IMG/VR virus record: IMGVR_UViG_3300032327_000237
Span: 1-35,312 of that record
DNA from: a virus
Taxonomy: Duplodnaviria; Caudoviricetes
Reading direction: 5' to 3' (one strand)
DNA length: 35,312 nt
Both the position numbers and the translations under genes were made by a program. How positions within the stretch are numbered: the first letter of the stretch is position 1; each line of letters starts with the position of its first letter. This document shows positions 9,587 through 17,383 of the stretch, piece by piece. Under the pieces are notes generated by a model. That model saw only the letters and a list, made by a program, of their open reading frames with translations, did no database searches and had not been told where the DNA came from.

Positions 9587-9868
9587 ATGAAAATTCAACC
9601 TATTCAAACATGGTTTAACGGCCAATTAGAAACTGCATCAAACTTTACATTAAGAAGCATTGCAGACGATTTTACAACAAATGCGGTACTTTATTATGAA
9701 CTTCAAAAAGAGGTAGTAAGCGTAGAATCAGTAAGCTACGAAAATCTAGTTACTGCAACGCTAGAAATTAATGGTAAAGATTATCAAGAATGGTCAGCCA
9801 CACCAGATGCTAACACTTATATTTATAATTGGGCTGCTAATAAGCTTAAATTAACTTTAATTGCTTAA
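9587..9868 (+). CDS. Hypothetical protein (possible fibre assembly chaperone)
   Basis: 93 aa directly after the fibre, DYxxW...YIYNWAAxKLxLT C-terminus. Confidence 0.6.
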   Translation: MKIQPIQTWFNGQLETASNFTLRSIADDFTTNAVLYYELQKEVVSVESVSYENLVTATLEINGKDYQEWSATPDANTYIYNWAANKLKLTLIA

Positions 9869-9889
9869 ATTTGTATAAAAATTAAAATT

Positions 9890-10036
9890 ATGTTACAACT
9901 TAACGAAACACACCTAACAGACTTAAAGGCATTTATTAACAAGATTCCTACGGAATTTGGCCTCCCTTTATTAACTTTTTTCAGTCAGCTTGAGCAAGAG
10001 CAAAAGCCTAAAGAAGAGCCTAAAAACGAAGACTAA
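9890..10036 (+). CDS. Small hypothetical protein (48 aa)
   Basis: Read by hand: MLQLNETHLTDLKAFINKIPTEFGLPLLTFFSQLEQEQKPKEEPKNED; A-rich leader, fills the gap. Confidence 0.65.
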   Translation: MLQLNETHLTDLKAFINKIPTEFGLPLLTFFSQLEQEQKPKEEPKNED

Positions 10037-10038
10037 AA

Positions 10039-10212
10039 ATGACTCAAGATAGCAGCCAAGCCCTAATTAATACCGGCGTATCAATGACCGCCGCGACATT
10101 GTCAGTAACCCAAGCGCAACCTTTTGTGACTCTTATGGCTGGCTTGGTTGCTATTGTTTCTGGTTTTATGGCAATACGTTATTACTACAACGCCACAAAG
10201 AAAATAAAATGA
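10039..10212 (+). CDS. Holin-like small membrane protein (57 aa)
   Basis: Read by hand: MTQDSSQALINTGVSMTAATLSVTQAQPFVTLMAGLVAIVSGFMAIRYYYNATKKIK; hydrophobic helix with basic tail; ATGA overlap with next gene. Confidence 0.6.
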   Translation: MTQDSSQALINTGVSMTAATLSVTQAQPFVTLMAGLVAIVSGFMAIRYYYNATKKIK

Positions 10213-10397
10213 AATTCTTAAATAGTATTTATGGGTCATGGCTTAAGCTTGTCTTAACGGCAATACTTACCATGATTATAAGTAAGGGAAATATTTACGA
10301 GGTAACGCTTGAAGAGTGTATAAGTGCCGCCGTAATATCTATTTTACCTATTATCATTAACTGGCTTAATCCACACGACACACGTTATGGGAAATAA
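10209..10397 (+). CDS. Putative holin
   Basis: 62 aa with two hydrophobic segments, ending LPIIINWLNPxDTRYG; in the lysis cassette. Confidence 0.65.
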   Translation: MKFLNSIYGSWLKLVLTAILTMIISKGNIYEVTLEECISAAVISILPIIINWLNPHDTRYGK

Positions 10398-10887
10398 AAC
10401 TAAATTGTTTTTAATTTACCTAGCTATACTTTTAGCCGTATTAATTACCGCTTGTAACCCATTACATAAGGCCGAGCGTTTAGTTTTAAACAATAGAGAC
10501 GCTAGCAATAGAGTCTTTAACACCTTGGCCCTAGAGCGTCCATGCGCTAACGATACCACAATTGTAACCCTTAGCGATACCACGATATTACAAGACACCA
10601 TTGTACACTACAAACGTGACACGATAAACAATGTAATTACCTTAACTGAGAAAGGTAAGACCATTGTTAAAACTATTAAGGTAGTAGACATTAAAACTGC
10701 TTATGTGCAAGATACTCGCATGGTAGGGATTCTTGCTGATTCGGTGCGATTCTACAAGGTATTATATCAAACAGAAAATAAGTACAAGCAAAAGGCCGAG
10801 AGCCGATTTTGGTGGCTTATAATTGGAGTAGCAGCTATATTCATTTTAAAGCGTTATTTATGGTCATTTCTCAACACCTTGTCTTAG
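10387..10887 (+). CDS. Putative unimolecular spanin (lipoprotein with C-terminal TM)
   Basis: Signal peptide with lipobox LITA-C, C-terminal FWWLIIGVAAIFIL-KR anchor, located between holin and endolysin. Confidence 0.65.
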   Translation: MGNKTKLFLIYLAILLAVLITACNPLHKAERLVLNNRDASNRVFNTLALERPCANDTTIVTLSDTTILQDTIVHYKRDTINNVITLTEKGKTIVKTIKVVDIKTAYVQDTRMVGILADSVRFYKVLYQTENKYKQKAESRFWWLIIGVAAIFILKRYLWSFLNTLS

Positions 10888-11309
10888 CCGAACTTATTAG
10901 GTCCGAAAGCGCTAAGCGTAACGGCATTAATAATATGCCGACACCAGAACACATTGAAAACTTAAAGGCCTTGGCCGAAAATATCTTTGAGCCTATCCGT
11001 ATTGAGTTTAGAGTTCCGATATATATAAGCAGCGCTTATAGGTCCGCAGCACTTAATAAACTAATAGGAGGCGTAAAAAATAGCCAGCATAATTTTGGCG
11101 AAGCGATTGATATTGATATGGATGGCCACTCGCACGATATTACCAATAAAGATATATTCGACTTCATTGTAGCTAAGCTACCATTTGACCAAGTAATTAA
11201 CGAGTTTAATTATTCTTGGGTCCACGTAAGCTATAAAAAAAACGGCCCACAAAGACACCAAGTCTTGCGAGCCGTTAAGAATAATAGTGGGGGAACTATT
11301 TACCAATAG
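10860..11309 (+). CDS. Endolysin, peptidase M15A family; start probably ATG 10860
   Basis: ISSAYRSxxLNxxIGGxxNSQHxxGEAIDI...WVHVS zinc peptidase motifs. Confidence 0.88.
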   Translation: MVISQHLVLAELIRSESAKRNGINNMPTPEHIENLKALAENIFEPIRIEFRVPIYISSAYRSAALNKLIGGVKNSQHNFGEAIDIDMDGHSHDITNKDIFDFIVAKLPFDQVINEFNYSWVHVSYKKNGPQRHQVLRAVKNNSGGTIYQ

Positions 11310-11658
11310 AATGTGATATTGTAGCATGATTTCTACCTAAGTACCTAGCTATTTCAATAGGTCTAAACCCATTTAAATAAGCATTTTTTACATAAATATC
11401 GCGTGCGTCTACAACTTCTTGTAATCGTCTACGTTGACTTATATATTTAAAAGACGTATTATTATCTAAGAAATATTTTTCGCTCCATATTTCAAGTGTA
11501 ATCTTTGGCTTTTTTGCTCTGGTTAATACTCTGTCAATATGAATAACTTTTTCTATTATCTTAGGCTCAAGTCTAGGCTCAAGCATTGCCTCAATTCTTT
11601 TTAAAGCGTGGTCATTACAACCAGTATAAAGCTTAATGTATTTAAGAATTTCCTTCAT
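11296..11658 (-). CDS. DNA-binding protein with DnaA C-terminal (domain IV)-like HTH
   Basis: RRxQEVVDARDIY...EIARYLGRNHATISHS resembles the DnaA-C signature R....ARQI...IG..FGRDHTTV.HA. Confidence 0.65.
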   Translation of the reverse strand: MKEILKYIKLYTGCNDHALKRIEAMLEPRLEPKIIEKVIHIDRVLTRAKKPKITLEIWSEKYFLDNNTSFKYISQRRRLQEVVDARDIYVKNAYLNGFRPIEIARYLGRNHATISHSIGK

Positions 11659-11824
11659 TGTTAATTTTTACTTCGTCAAATAATCCGATTATTTCACTTA
11701 TGTTTATCCACTTTATAAAAGTCTCAAAACTTTTTTCATCGTTTTGCAAAAGGTGCGTTAGCTGACCTACTAACTTAACTTTTTCAATAATAGTAAGGTC
11801 TTGCCATTGTTGGTGATTTGCCAT
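11642..11824 (-). CDS. Small hypothetical protein
   Basis: 60-aa ORF overlapping its neighbour, preceded by AACCAATAACC. Confidence 0.6.
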   Translation of the reverse strand: MANHQQWQDLTIIEKVKLVGQLTHLLQNDEKSFETFIKWINISEIIGLFDEVKINNEGNS

Positions 11825-11826
11825 GG

Positions 11827-11943
11827 TTATTGGTTTTTTAATTTTGAAATAATACTAGCGATTAAAAATAATGTAATTGCTAGCGGAAATGATATGAACG
11901 TAAAAAATAATAGTTCATAAATAAAAATAAAATACTTGCTCAT
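11827..11943 (-). CDS. Small single-TM protein (38 aa)
   Basis: Read by hand: MSKYFIFIYELLFFTFISFPLAITLFLIASIISKLKNQ; ATGA overlap with the upstream gene, exactly fills the gap. Confidence 0.5.
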   Translation of the reverse strand: MSKYFIFIYELLFFTFISFPLAITLFLIASIISKLKNQ

Positions 11944-12068
11944 AAGTTTTGCATTATAGCGGTTACTAAAAATGCAAATAGTACAATGATAAAAGCATAC
12001 ATAGGATTTATGCTTTCTTGAGCGTAATGCTCATTTGCTTTTTGTTGTGGTGTTTTTAAACGATTCAT
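11940..12068 (-). CDS. Small single-TM protein (42 aa); start probably ATG 12068
   Basis: MNRLKTPQQKANEHYAQESINPMYAFIIVLFAFLVTAIMQNL; preceded by AACCAATAACCAATAAC; this start avoids overlap with the upstream ORF. Confidence 0.55.
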   Translation of the reverse strand: MNRLKTPQQKANEHYAQESINPMYAFIIVLFAFLVTAIMQNL

Positions 12069-12084
12069 GTTATTGGTTATTGGT

Positions 12085-12372
12085 TTATAAATATTTAATA
12101 ATTTTTGGTAGTGTTTCATAACTTCCGCCATCTTGTGTATGAAATTGTGATGAAAAAGATAAATCATGAATTAAACCAGTATTATAGTTATAATGTACGT
12201 CAACAACTTCTCCAGCAAATATACCTTCAGTACAAGTATAAATGTCGTGATGAATCATGCAATCATCATGCTTTAAAGATTTTGTTGATAAATAGCATTC
12301 AAAACCTTTTGAATATAAAAGATTTGTAATGTTGTTAAGATTCATTTTACAAGATAAGGTTGCATTTTTCAT
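12085..12372 (-). CDS. Hypothetical early protein
   Basis: 95-aa ORF just downstream of a TAnnTTTG promoter. Confidence 0.55.
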   Translation of the reverse strand: MKNATLSCKMNLNNITNLLYSKGFECYLSTKSLKHDDCMIHHDIYTCTEGIFAGEVVDVHYNYNTGLIHDLSFSSQFHTQDGGSYETLPKIIKYL

Positions 12373-12403
12373 AACGTTATTTTTTTTGGTTTGTTTGATG
12401 AAT

Positions 12404-12411
12404 CAAAGATA
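12404..12411 (-). promoter_or_regulatory. Bacteroidota primary-sigma -7 element (TATCTTTG)
   Basis: Matches TAnnTTTG, about 30 nt upstream of the ATG at 12372, in an AT-rich intergenic region. Confidence 0.7.
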
Positions 12412-12493
12412 TAAGTATTTTATTAATAAAAAAATATTTTTATTATATTTTTTTAAAATAATTTTAACCTACTATAAATCAAGCAGTTACAAC

Positions 12494-13720
12494 CTAAAAT
12501 AATTTCTTAAAATGACTTAAAGTAAAGTCTTTTTTGTTTTGGACCATGCTATAAATGCGGTCTTCTATGCCACCGGTGGTGAATATCCAGTAAACTTTTG
12601 ACGCTTCGGTGCGGTCTTTTGTTTGCATTCTGGCTCTACTTTGCCAATAACTAACGGCGCTAAAGTCTATATTATACATAACAAGCGCATCGGCGGTGCT
12701 TAAGTTTATACCCTCCCGGCCGCTTTGTATCTGGCTTATAAAGACTGCGTCGCCAGATGCCTCGTTAAAAGCCATTGGGTCCTCAATAATACGCCCTACA
12801 AAGTCAACCCTTAGCTGCATACCTTCGGCAATATACTTATAAAATATGGCTATCTTTTGGCCTTTAAAACGTTCTTTAATAAACTTGGCTTTTGTATCGT
12901 CAAACATGATAGCGTTGCCGTCCTCGGTCTTTACGGACCCACTACATATTTGGTGTATCTTTTGCATTTCTTTAACTGAGGTATCGGCTAAAACTACGGC
13001 TCCGTCTTTGGTTTTAAATAGCTTATCCTTCTTAATCTTATCTACGGCCCATTTAATTTTATCCGACATAGGTACGTATAAAATAACCTCTTCAACCAAA
13101 GATTCAAAACCGGCCTCTTCTTGCGTATATGTCAATAATAAGTGTTGTATTTCGGTCTGGATTCTTTCTTGTTTAACATGAGTATAATCTGGCACTTGCA
13201 TATTGTATAAGAACTTTGTCTTAGGTATTCCATACTCTTTATGCCATCCGTAAAAGTTTTTAAATTCTTTAAAAGGGCTAAAGCTACTCACATAAAATTG
13301 GTGGTAAAATTGAGAGTATGTTTCCGGTGATGGTGTGCCGCTTAAATATATTACCGGCTTACCTATGCAAATAGTTTTTAAGTCAGTTACACGATTACTT
13401 GGCTTTGGGAATTGACCTAAAGCATGAGCCTCGTCTACTATAATTAAATCGTAATTATGTGTTATCTTATGTAAGCTTTCGTAGTTTATAACAAGTAAAT
13501 CATATAAACAATTGGACTGCTTAAAGTCATCTTCAATGCTGCTTATAGCTTTTTTCTTAGTTACAAATAAAACTTTCTTAGCACCATATAAACTAGCAAT
13601 GTGCAAGCTGGTGATTGTCTTACCAGTACGTACTTGCATCGCTAAATATACTAGCTTAAATTCCTTAAGTATATTTATGGCTTGCTCCGCTATGTCTATT
13701 TGGTATTGTCTTAACTGCAT
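12494..13720 (-). CDS. Superfamily 2 (SNF2/DEAH-like) helicase
   Basis: LRQYQ Q motif, RTGKT Walker A, IIVDEAH, LSGTP, SGREGINL, QSRAR. Confidence 0.9.
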   Translation of the reverse strand: MQLRQYQIDIAEQAINILKEFKLVYLAMQVRTGKTITSLHIASLYGAKKVLFVTKKKAISSIEDDFKQSNCLYDLLVINYESLHKITHNYDLIIVDEAHALGQFPKPSNRVTDLKTICIGKPVIYLSGTPSPETYSQFYHQFYVSSFSPFKEFKNFYGWHKEYGIPKTKFLYNMQVPDYTHVKQERIQTEIQHLLLTYTQEEAGFESLVEEVILYVPMSDKIKWAVDKIKKDKLFKTKDGAVVLADTSVKEMQKIHQICSGSVKTEDGNAIMFDDTKAKFIKERFKGQKIAIFYKYIAEGMQLRVDFVGRIIEDPMAFNEASGDAVFISQIQSGREGINLSTADALVMYNIDFSAVSYWQSRARMQTKDRTEASKVYWIFTTGGIEDRIYSMVQNKKDFTLSHFKKLF

Positions 13721-13909
13721 ATTAAATGATTCAAAAAGTCAAGTTATTGACTTGCTTTTTTATAACGTGTGTCAATTTATAGCTTTACTTATCCGTATTT
13801 ATACGCAAATTGATACGATAAAAGATAAGGCCGGCATTCCCGTAATTACTATAAACTTCCTACCGGCCTTTTGCCAAATCATATTTAATTGGTCAATGGC
13901 AATCCAATT

Positions 13910-14182
13910 CTATATTAAGCCATCTTGTAGCGGCTCATCTTCTTTTTGGTCTACACGTCGGTAGCCCTCTTTCCAGAGTATGCGAGTAAGCATAACCGAG
14001 TTTTTAACTATGGTAGCTTCGGAGTTCCGAGGATATAGTAAATGTAATATTTCATGAATTAATATTTCAAGGTGCTTTTTTCCTTTAAGTCGTTCGTCTA
14101 TTTCTATAACGCCGTCGCTACTAGCAAGGCCATGCGCTTGCTCGCGTCCAAGTTTACGATATATAATTTTTATCTTAAGCAT
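13910..14182 (-). CDS. Small HExxH metallopeptidase-like protein
   Basis: G-LA..G.IEID.RL....LEILIHEILH motif. Confidence 0.6.
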   Translation of the reverse strand: MLKIKIIYRKLGREQAHGLASSDGVIEIDERLKGKKHLEILIHEILHLLYPRNSEATIVKNSVMLTRILWKEGYRRVDQKEDEPLQDGLI

Positions 14183-14372
14183 CTTTCTTTAAATCTATTT
14201 CATCAAGCCTATCCAGTTCATCACTTGGAGTAAATATTACTTGACCGCCACGCACCTTAGCTAAGTATCTTCTTATTTCTAATTCTATGCCATGCACCTC
14301 GGCAAGCTTATTTGTAAGCCACGTTTCTTGTTCCGATAATTTCATTTTGTTAAATAACTTTGGTAGTTTCAT
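14175..14372 (-). CDS. Hypothetical protein
   Basis: 65-aa ORF overlapping both neighbours in the operon. Confidence 0.6.
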   Translation of the reverse strand: MKLPKLFNKMKLSEQETWLTNKLAEVHGIELEIRRYLAKVRGGQVIFTPSDELDRLDEIDLKKDA

Positions 14373-14589
14373 ACTCTAGTTTTATAAGTAGGTCAATATA
14401 ATGCCTAGCTTTTTTTAAATCTTCGATGCCGTTTTTATTTTTATGTCTACAAACATACTTAATAATGTTTCCTTCAATAAAAGGAATACTATTAGTGTGT
14501 ATAAATTCGGTAGGCTGAATTTTATATATTGTATAATGGTCGCCTCCTACTTGTCCGTCTTGCGGTGATACTTTCCACACGTCTTGCAT
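14350..14589 (-). CDS. DUF3310 (SaV-like / T7 gp1.7 nucleotide kinase-like) protein
   Basis: QVGGDHY...IQPxEFI...FxEGNIIKYVCR...KNGxEDLKKARHY signature; exact start uncertain. Confidence 0.85.
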   Translation of the reverse strand: MQDVWKVSPQDGQVGGDHYTIYKIQPTEFIHTNSIPFIEGNIIKYVCRHKNKNGIEDLKKARHYIDLLIKLEYETTKVI

Positions 14590-15278
14590 TTGTAAATTAA
14601 TTTTATTGTTCCGCTTGCTAATATTTGTCTACTATGTTTTAGTAAATCATCTGAGCCACACTCTGGACAAGTACCTTTATACTCACCAAACACAACGCCA
14701 AAGTGCGTCTTAGCTGGTATATGATTATTTAAAATCTTATGAACTTTCTCTAAAAGTATTACGTCCATAATACAATACTTAACCATTTTAGCAAGTGCAA
14801 CCTTATCATTTTTTAAAGCAATATCTTTCCATAAATCAAATTCAGTTTTAATCTTTTGTCCAATACCTAAATATTGCGCAATATAATTAAGCTTATTACT
14901 ATTAAATTTAAACTTACTACGTGCAACTTTTAAAGTATCAATCGTTGTATAACTGGGGAACATATCTATTCCGTGAAATAAACAACGAGTGCGGACCCAA
15001 GCAAGGTCAAACTTATCGCCGTTGTGTCCAATCGTTTCGTCGGCGGTGTTAAGTACTTTAATAAATTCAGTAAGCATTTTTTTGTCATTCTGTTTACTAT
15101 CCCAAGTAAGTGAGTGAGTTTCTTTTTCATCCTCCCACTTATAACAGATGCAAATAATTGCACGCTCTTTAATAATATTTTGCGGACCAATGTTAAGCTT
15201 ATACCCACTTTGCCAAAAGAAACCGATATTCGCTGAGGTTTCAATGTCAAAGTATAATCGTTTTCTTTTGGTTGTCAT
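14547..15278 (-). CDS. RNase H-like/DnaQ-type 3'-5' exonuclease with C-terminal Zn ribbon
   Basis: FDIET, GHNGDKFD, IDTL, YCxxDV motifs; CPECG...CKTCG. Confidence 0.85.
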   Translation of the reverse strand: MTTKRKRLYFDIETSANIGFFWQSGYKLNIGPQNIIKERAIICICYKWEDEKETHSLTWDSKQNDKKMLTEFIKVLNTADETIGHNGDKFDLAWVRTRCLFHGIDMFPSYTTIDTLKVARSKFKFNSNKLNYIAQYLGIGQKIKTEFDLWKDIALKNDKVALAKMVKYCIMDVILLEKVHKILNNHIPAKTHFGVVFGEYKGTCPECGSDDLLKHSRQILASGTIKLIYKCKTCGKYHRKTDK

Positions 15279-15291
15279 GGCGCTAAGTTAA

Positions 15292-16044
15292 TTACTTTTT
15301 ATGAGAAAGTTGATAACTAAATTCTTTTGGCTTGTCTCCTTCATGTTCAGCGTGCCATAATTGTTGGACCGCTTGGAATAAGGACCATTGCTTCGTAGTG
15401 TCAATTTCGGTAACCATTTGCCATCCTTTACCTTGCACGTCGCCTTTTTTACCGCTTGTCCTTGTTTTAGAGTTAAGCCATAAAATAGCCACTCCGTCAA
15501 CTTTTGGTAAGCTGGATGATAGCTTAGATGCACATTTCATATATAGTTCACGATAAGCCGCCAATTGCAGCCAGTAGCTATTATAGATGCCGTTACTTGT
15601 TTTAATGTCAAGTACGTAGGTTTTGCCATCTATTGTGCAAATGCGGTCAATGGTTCCAGCAAAGCCTAGGCCACCGCCTATGAATGTTTGCTCAATCAAA
15701 TGGTGTTCTGGCTTATGGTTAACGCTAAATTCAACGTAACGCTCAAACATTGACCATTCGTCCAATGAGTATTTTGGCTTGCCAGATTCGTCTAGTAATG
15801 TGCATTCTATGCCATTGTCGTAATCTTCAGTTAATTGGTGAACGGCACTACCACGCTTGCCGGCTGCGTCTCTTATTTCGTCGGCCTTATTGCCTACCTC
15901 TTTCATCCACATAATAAGTTGCGCTGGCTTTGGGTATGCCTCAAGTAAAGTAGTGGCACTTGGAAAATAGTTGCCGTCTTCGTCAGTATAAAAACGGCCG
16001 TCCTTAAAAGTAAGTTGGTTTGATTGTAGGTTTTTGATTAACAT
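15292..16044 (-). CDS. PD-(D/E)XK (Cas4/RecB-like) exonuclease
   Basis: PSATTLL, RGSAVH, FAGTIDR...LDIKTS...LQLAAY motifs. Confidence 0.85.
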   Translation of the reverse strand: MLIKNLQSNQLTFKDGRFYTDEDGNYFPSATTLLEAYPKPAQLIMWMKEVGNKADEIRDAAGKRGSAVHQLTEDYDNGIECTLLDESGKPKYSLDEWSMFERYVEFSVNHKPEHHLIEQTFIGGGLGFAGTIDRICTIDGKTYVLDIKTSNGIYNSYWLQLAAYRELYMKCASKLSSSLPKVDGVAILWLNSKTRTSGKKGDVQGKGWQMVTEIDTTKQWSLFQAVQQLWHAEHEGDKPKEFSYQLSHKK

Positions 16045-16229
16045 ATAATTTCTTTTATGGTGATTTCGTCAGCTTTTTCCTTGCCTCCAGCTGCAATTAA
16101 TTTTGTTGCAAATTCGTCGGCTAATTCTAAAGTTGAAAATCCTTTAATAAATTTAGTGTCTATGTAAACAAAGTATCTGTCTTCATTAAAAATTAAATCT
16201 GTTTGTTTTGTGATTTTTACTACTGGCAT
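16038..16229 (-). CDS. Hypothetical protein
   Basis: 63-aa ORF overlapping the exonuclease start. Confidence 0.6.
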   Translation of the reverse strand: MPVVKITKQTDLIFNEDRYFVYIDTKFIKGFSTLELADEFATKLIAAGGKEKADEITIKEIIC

Positions 16230-16247
16230 AAAAAGTTTTTATTGGTT

Positions 16248-16279
16248 TAAAAAGTGTGGCTCTTTGTCCGGAAGCCACA
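16248..16279 (-). terminator. Terminator-like hairpin after the SSB gene
   Basis: Minus strand TGTGGCT-11 nt-AGCCACA followed by CTTTTT. Confidence 0.55.
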
Positions 16280-16303
16280 AACCGGTAACCAATAATCATC
16301 CAA

Positions 16304-16900
16304 CTAAAATGGTGTTTCGTCGTCGTCATGCGGCGCCGTTGATAAATCTTTTAAGACCTCTTCAAATAAGTTAATGGCCATATTCTCAAGAAAAATCATC
16401 ATGTCTGAGTCATCCCATTGCTCTTTACCTTTTACCTTAATTTTAACCATTTGAGGTAATCCTTTAGGGTCATCTTTAGTATAGTATGGAGCTATTTTTT
16501 CGCCGTCTTGATATAGTGTAATACCAGTAATAGTTTTAGTAGGGTCAATCTTATCCTTCATGGCCCATGGCATAAACCTAAGTTCTTTGTCTAAGTCAAT
16601 ATTAGGCAAAGCTTTTAAGAAACTAGATGCGTAACGACTTGAATAAGGTAAGCTAATAACATAGTAATCGCCTTGGTCTTGGAATCTTACTTGCCATTGC
16701 TTGCCGTAATCATTCTCACGCGTAGTAATGTTATCTAGCTTTGCGGTTAAGTCTTTAAACTTTTCCTCAAAGACTAGCTTGCCGGTTTTTGTTAAGCGCT
16801 CCGATGTGCGCTCGGTTGGTTGTTTGTGTTGGCGTACTAAGTTGCCATCCGCAACACTGAGGTAAATTGTGTTAACACCTCCTAAATTTGATAAAGCCAT
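16304..16900 (-). CDS. Putative single-stranded DNA-binding protein
   Basis: 198 aa ending in the acidic tail DDDETPF; next to exonucleases; first gene after a promoter. Confidence 0.65.
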   Translation of the reverse strand: MALSNLGGVNTIYLSVADGNLVRQHKQPTERTSERLTKTGKLVFEEKFKDLTAKLDNITTRENDYGKQWQVRFQDQGDYYVISLPYSSRYASSFLKALPNIDLDKELRFMPWAMKDKIDPTKTITGITLYQDGEKIAPYYTKDDPKGLPQMVKIKVKGKEQWDDSDMMIFLENMAINLFEEVLKDLSTAPHDDDETPF

Positions 16901-16933
16901 AATATAAAATGTAGTTTGTTTTGACTACAAGGA

Positions 16934-16941
16934 CAAAGCTA
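16934..16941 (-). promoter_or_regulatory. Leftward Bacteroidota -7 element (TAGCTTTG)
   Basis: TAnnTTTG match about 33 nt upstream of the SSB ATG. Confidence 0.7.
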
Positions 16942-16989
16942 AAGTATTTATTTTGAATAAAAAAACTTTTTTTTTAAATTTATTTTATC

Positions 16990-16997
16990 TATGTTTG
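16990..16997 (+). promoter_or_regulatory. Rightward Bacteroidota -7 element (TATGTTTG)
   Basis: TAnnTTTG match about 20 nt upstream of ATG 17017; divergent from 16934-16941. Confidence 0.7.
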
Positions 16998-17016
16998 CAG
17001 CAAATCAAAAAATATT

Positions 17017-17157
17017 ATGAAAAAAGAAACACGCGGCCGTAAGGCGCTACCAGTAAACGAGAAAAAAAAGCCATTATATATAATGGTAAAACAAAAGTTT
17101 ATTAAAGAAATTCATCCAAAACTTAAAGAACTTGAGAGAGAGTATTCTACAAAGTAA
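17017..17157 (+). CDS. Small basic putative DNA-binding regulator (46 aa)
   Basis: Read by hand: MKKETRGRKALPVNEKKKPLYIMVKQKFIKEIHPKLKELEREYSTK; RGRK hook followed by strand-helix; first gene after the promoter. Confidence 0.6.
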   Translation: MKKETRGRKALPVNEKKKPLYIMVKQKFIKEIHPKLKELEREYSTK

Positions 17158-17380
17158 AGTAATCCGTCACTTTGAGTTACTCGGTTGGTATGTTGTAAAG
17201 ATAATACAATGCAACAAAAACGGAATGCCAGACCTTATGCTGCTTAAAGATGGTAAAACATTCTTTATAGAATGTAAGGCCGAGAAAGGTAGGCTTAGTG
17301 AACTGCAAAAATACCGGCATGAGCAACTACAAGAATTAGGATTTGAGGTAAGAACAATTTATAAAATGCAAGAAATTTAA
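17132..17380 (+). CDS. VRR-NUC domain nuclease (Holliday junction resolvase-like)
   Basis: ExxLQ...GMPDL...FFIECKAEKGRLSELQ motif. Confidence 0.88.
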   Translation: MRESILQSKVIRHFELLGWYVVKIIQCNKNGMPDLMLLKDGKTFFIECKAEKGRLSELQKYRHEQLQELGFEVRTIYKMQEI

Positions 17381-17383
17381 CCA

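Noticed and set aside
12846-13964. Plus-strand ORFs 12846-13181 and 13512-13964, and similar short antisense ORFs elsewhere in the track
   Set aside because: Opposite to well-supported genes, with no recognisable motifs or promoter
15292-16044. Cas4-like nuclease as part of a CRISPR system
   Set aside because: No array or other cas genes; it sits beside SSB, as is usual for phage recombination exonucleases
16900-17160. Divergent promoters as a lysis/lysogeny switch
   Set aside because: No integrase, CI-like repressor or partition genes were recognised; the flanking genes are replication functions
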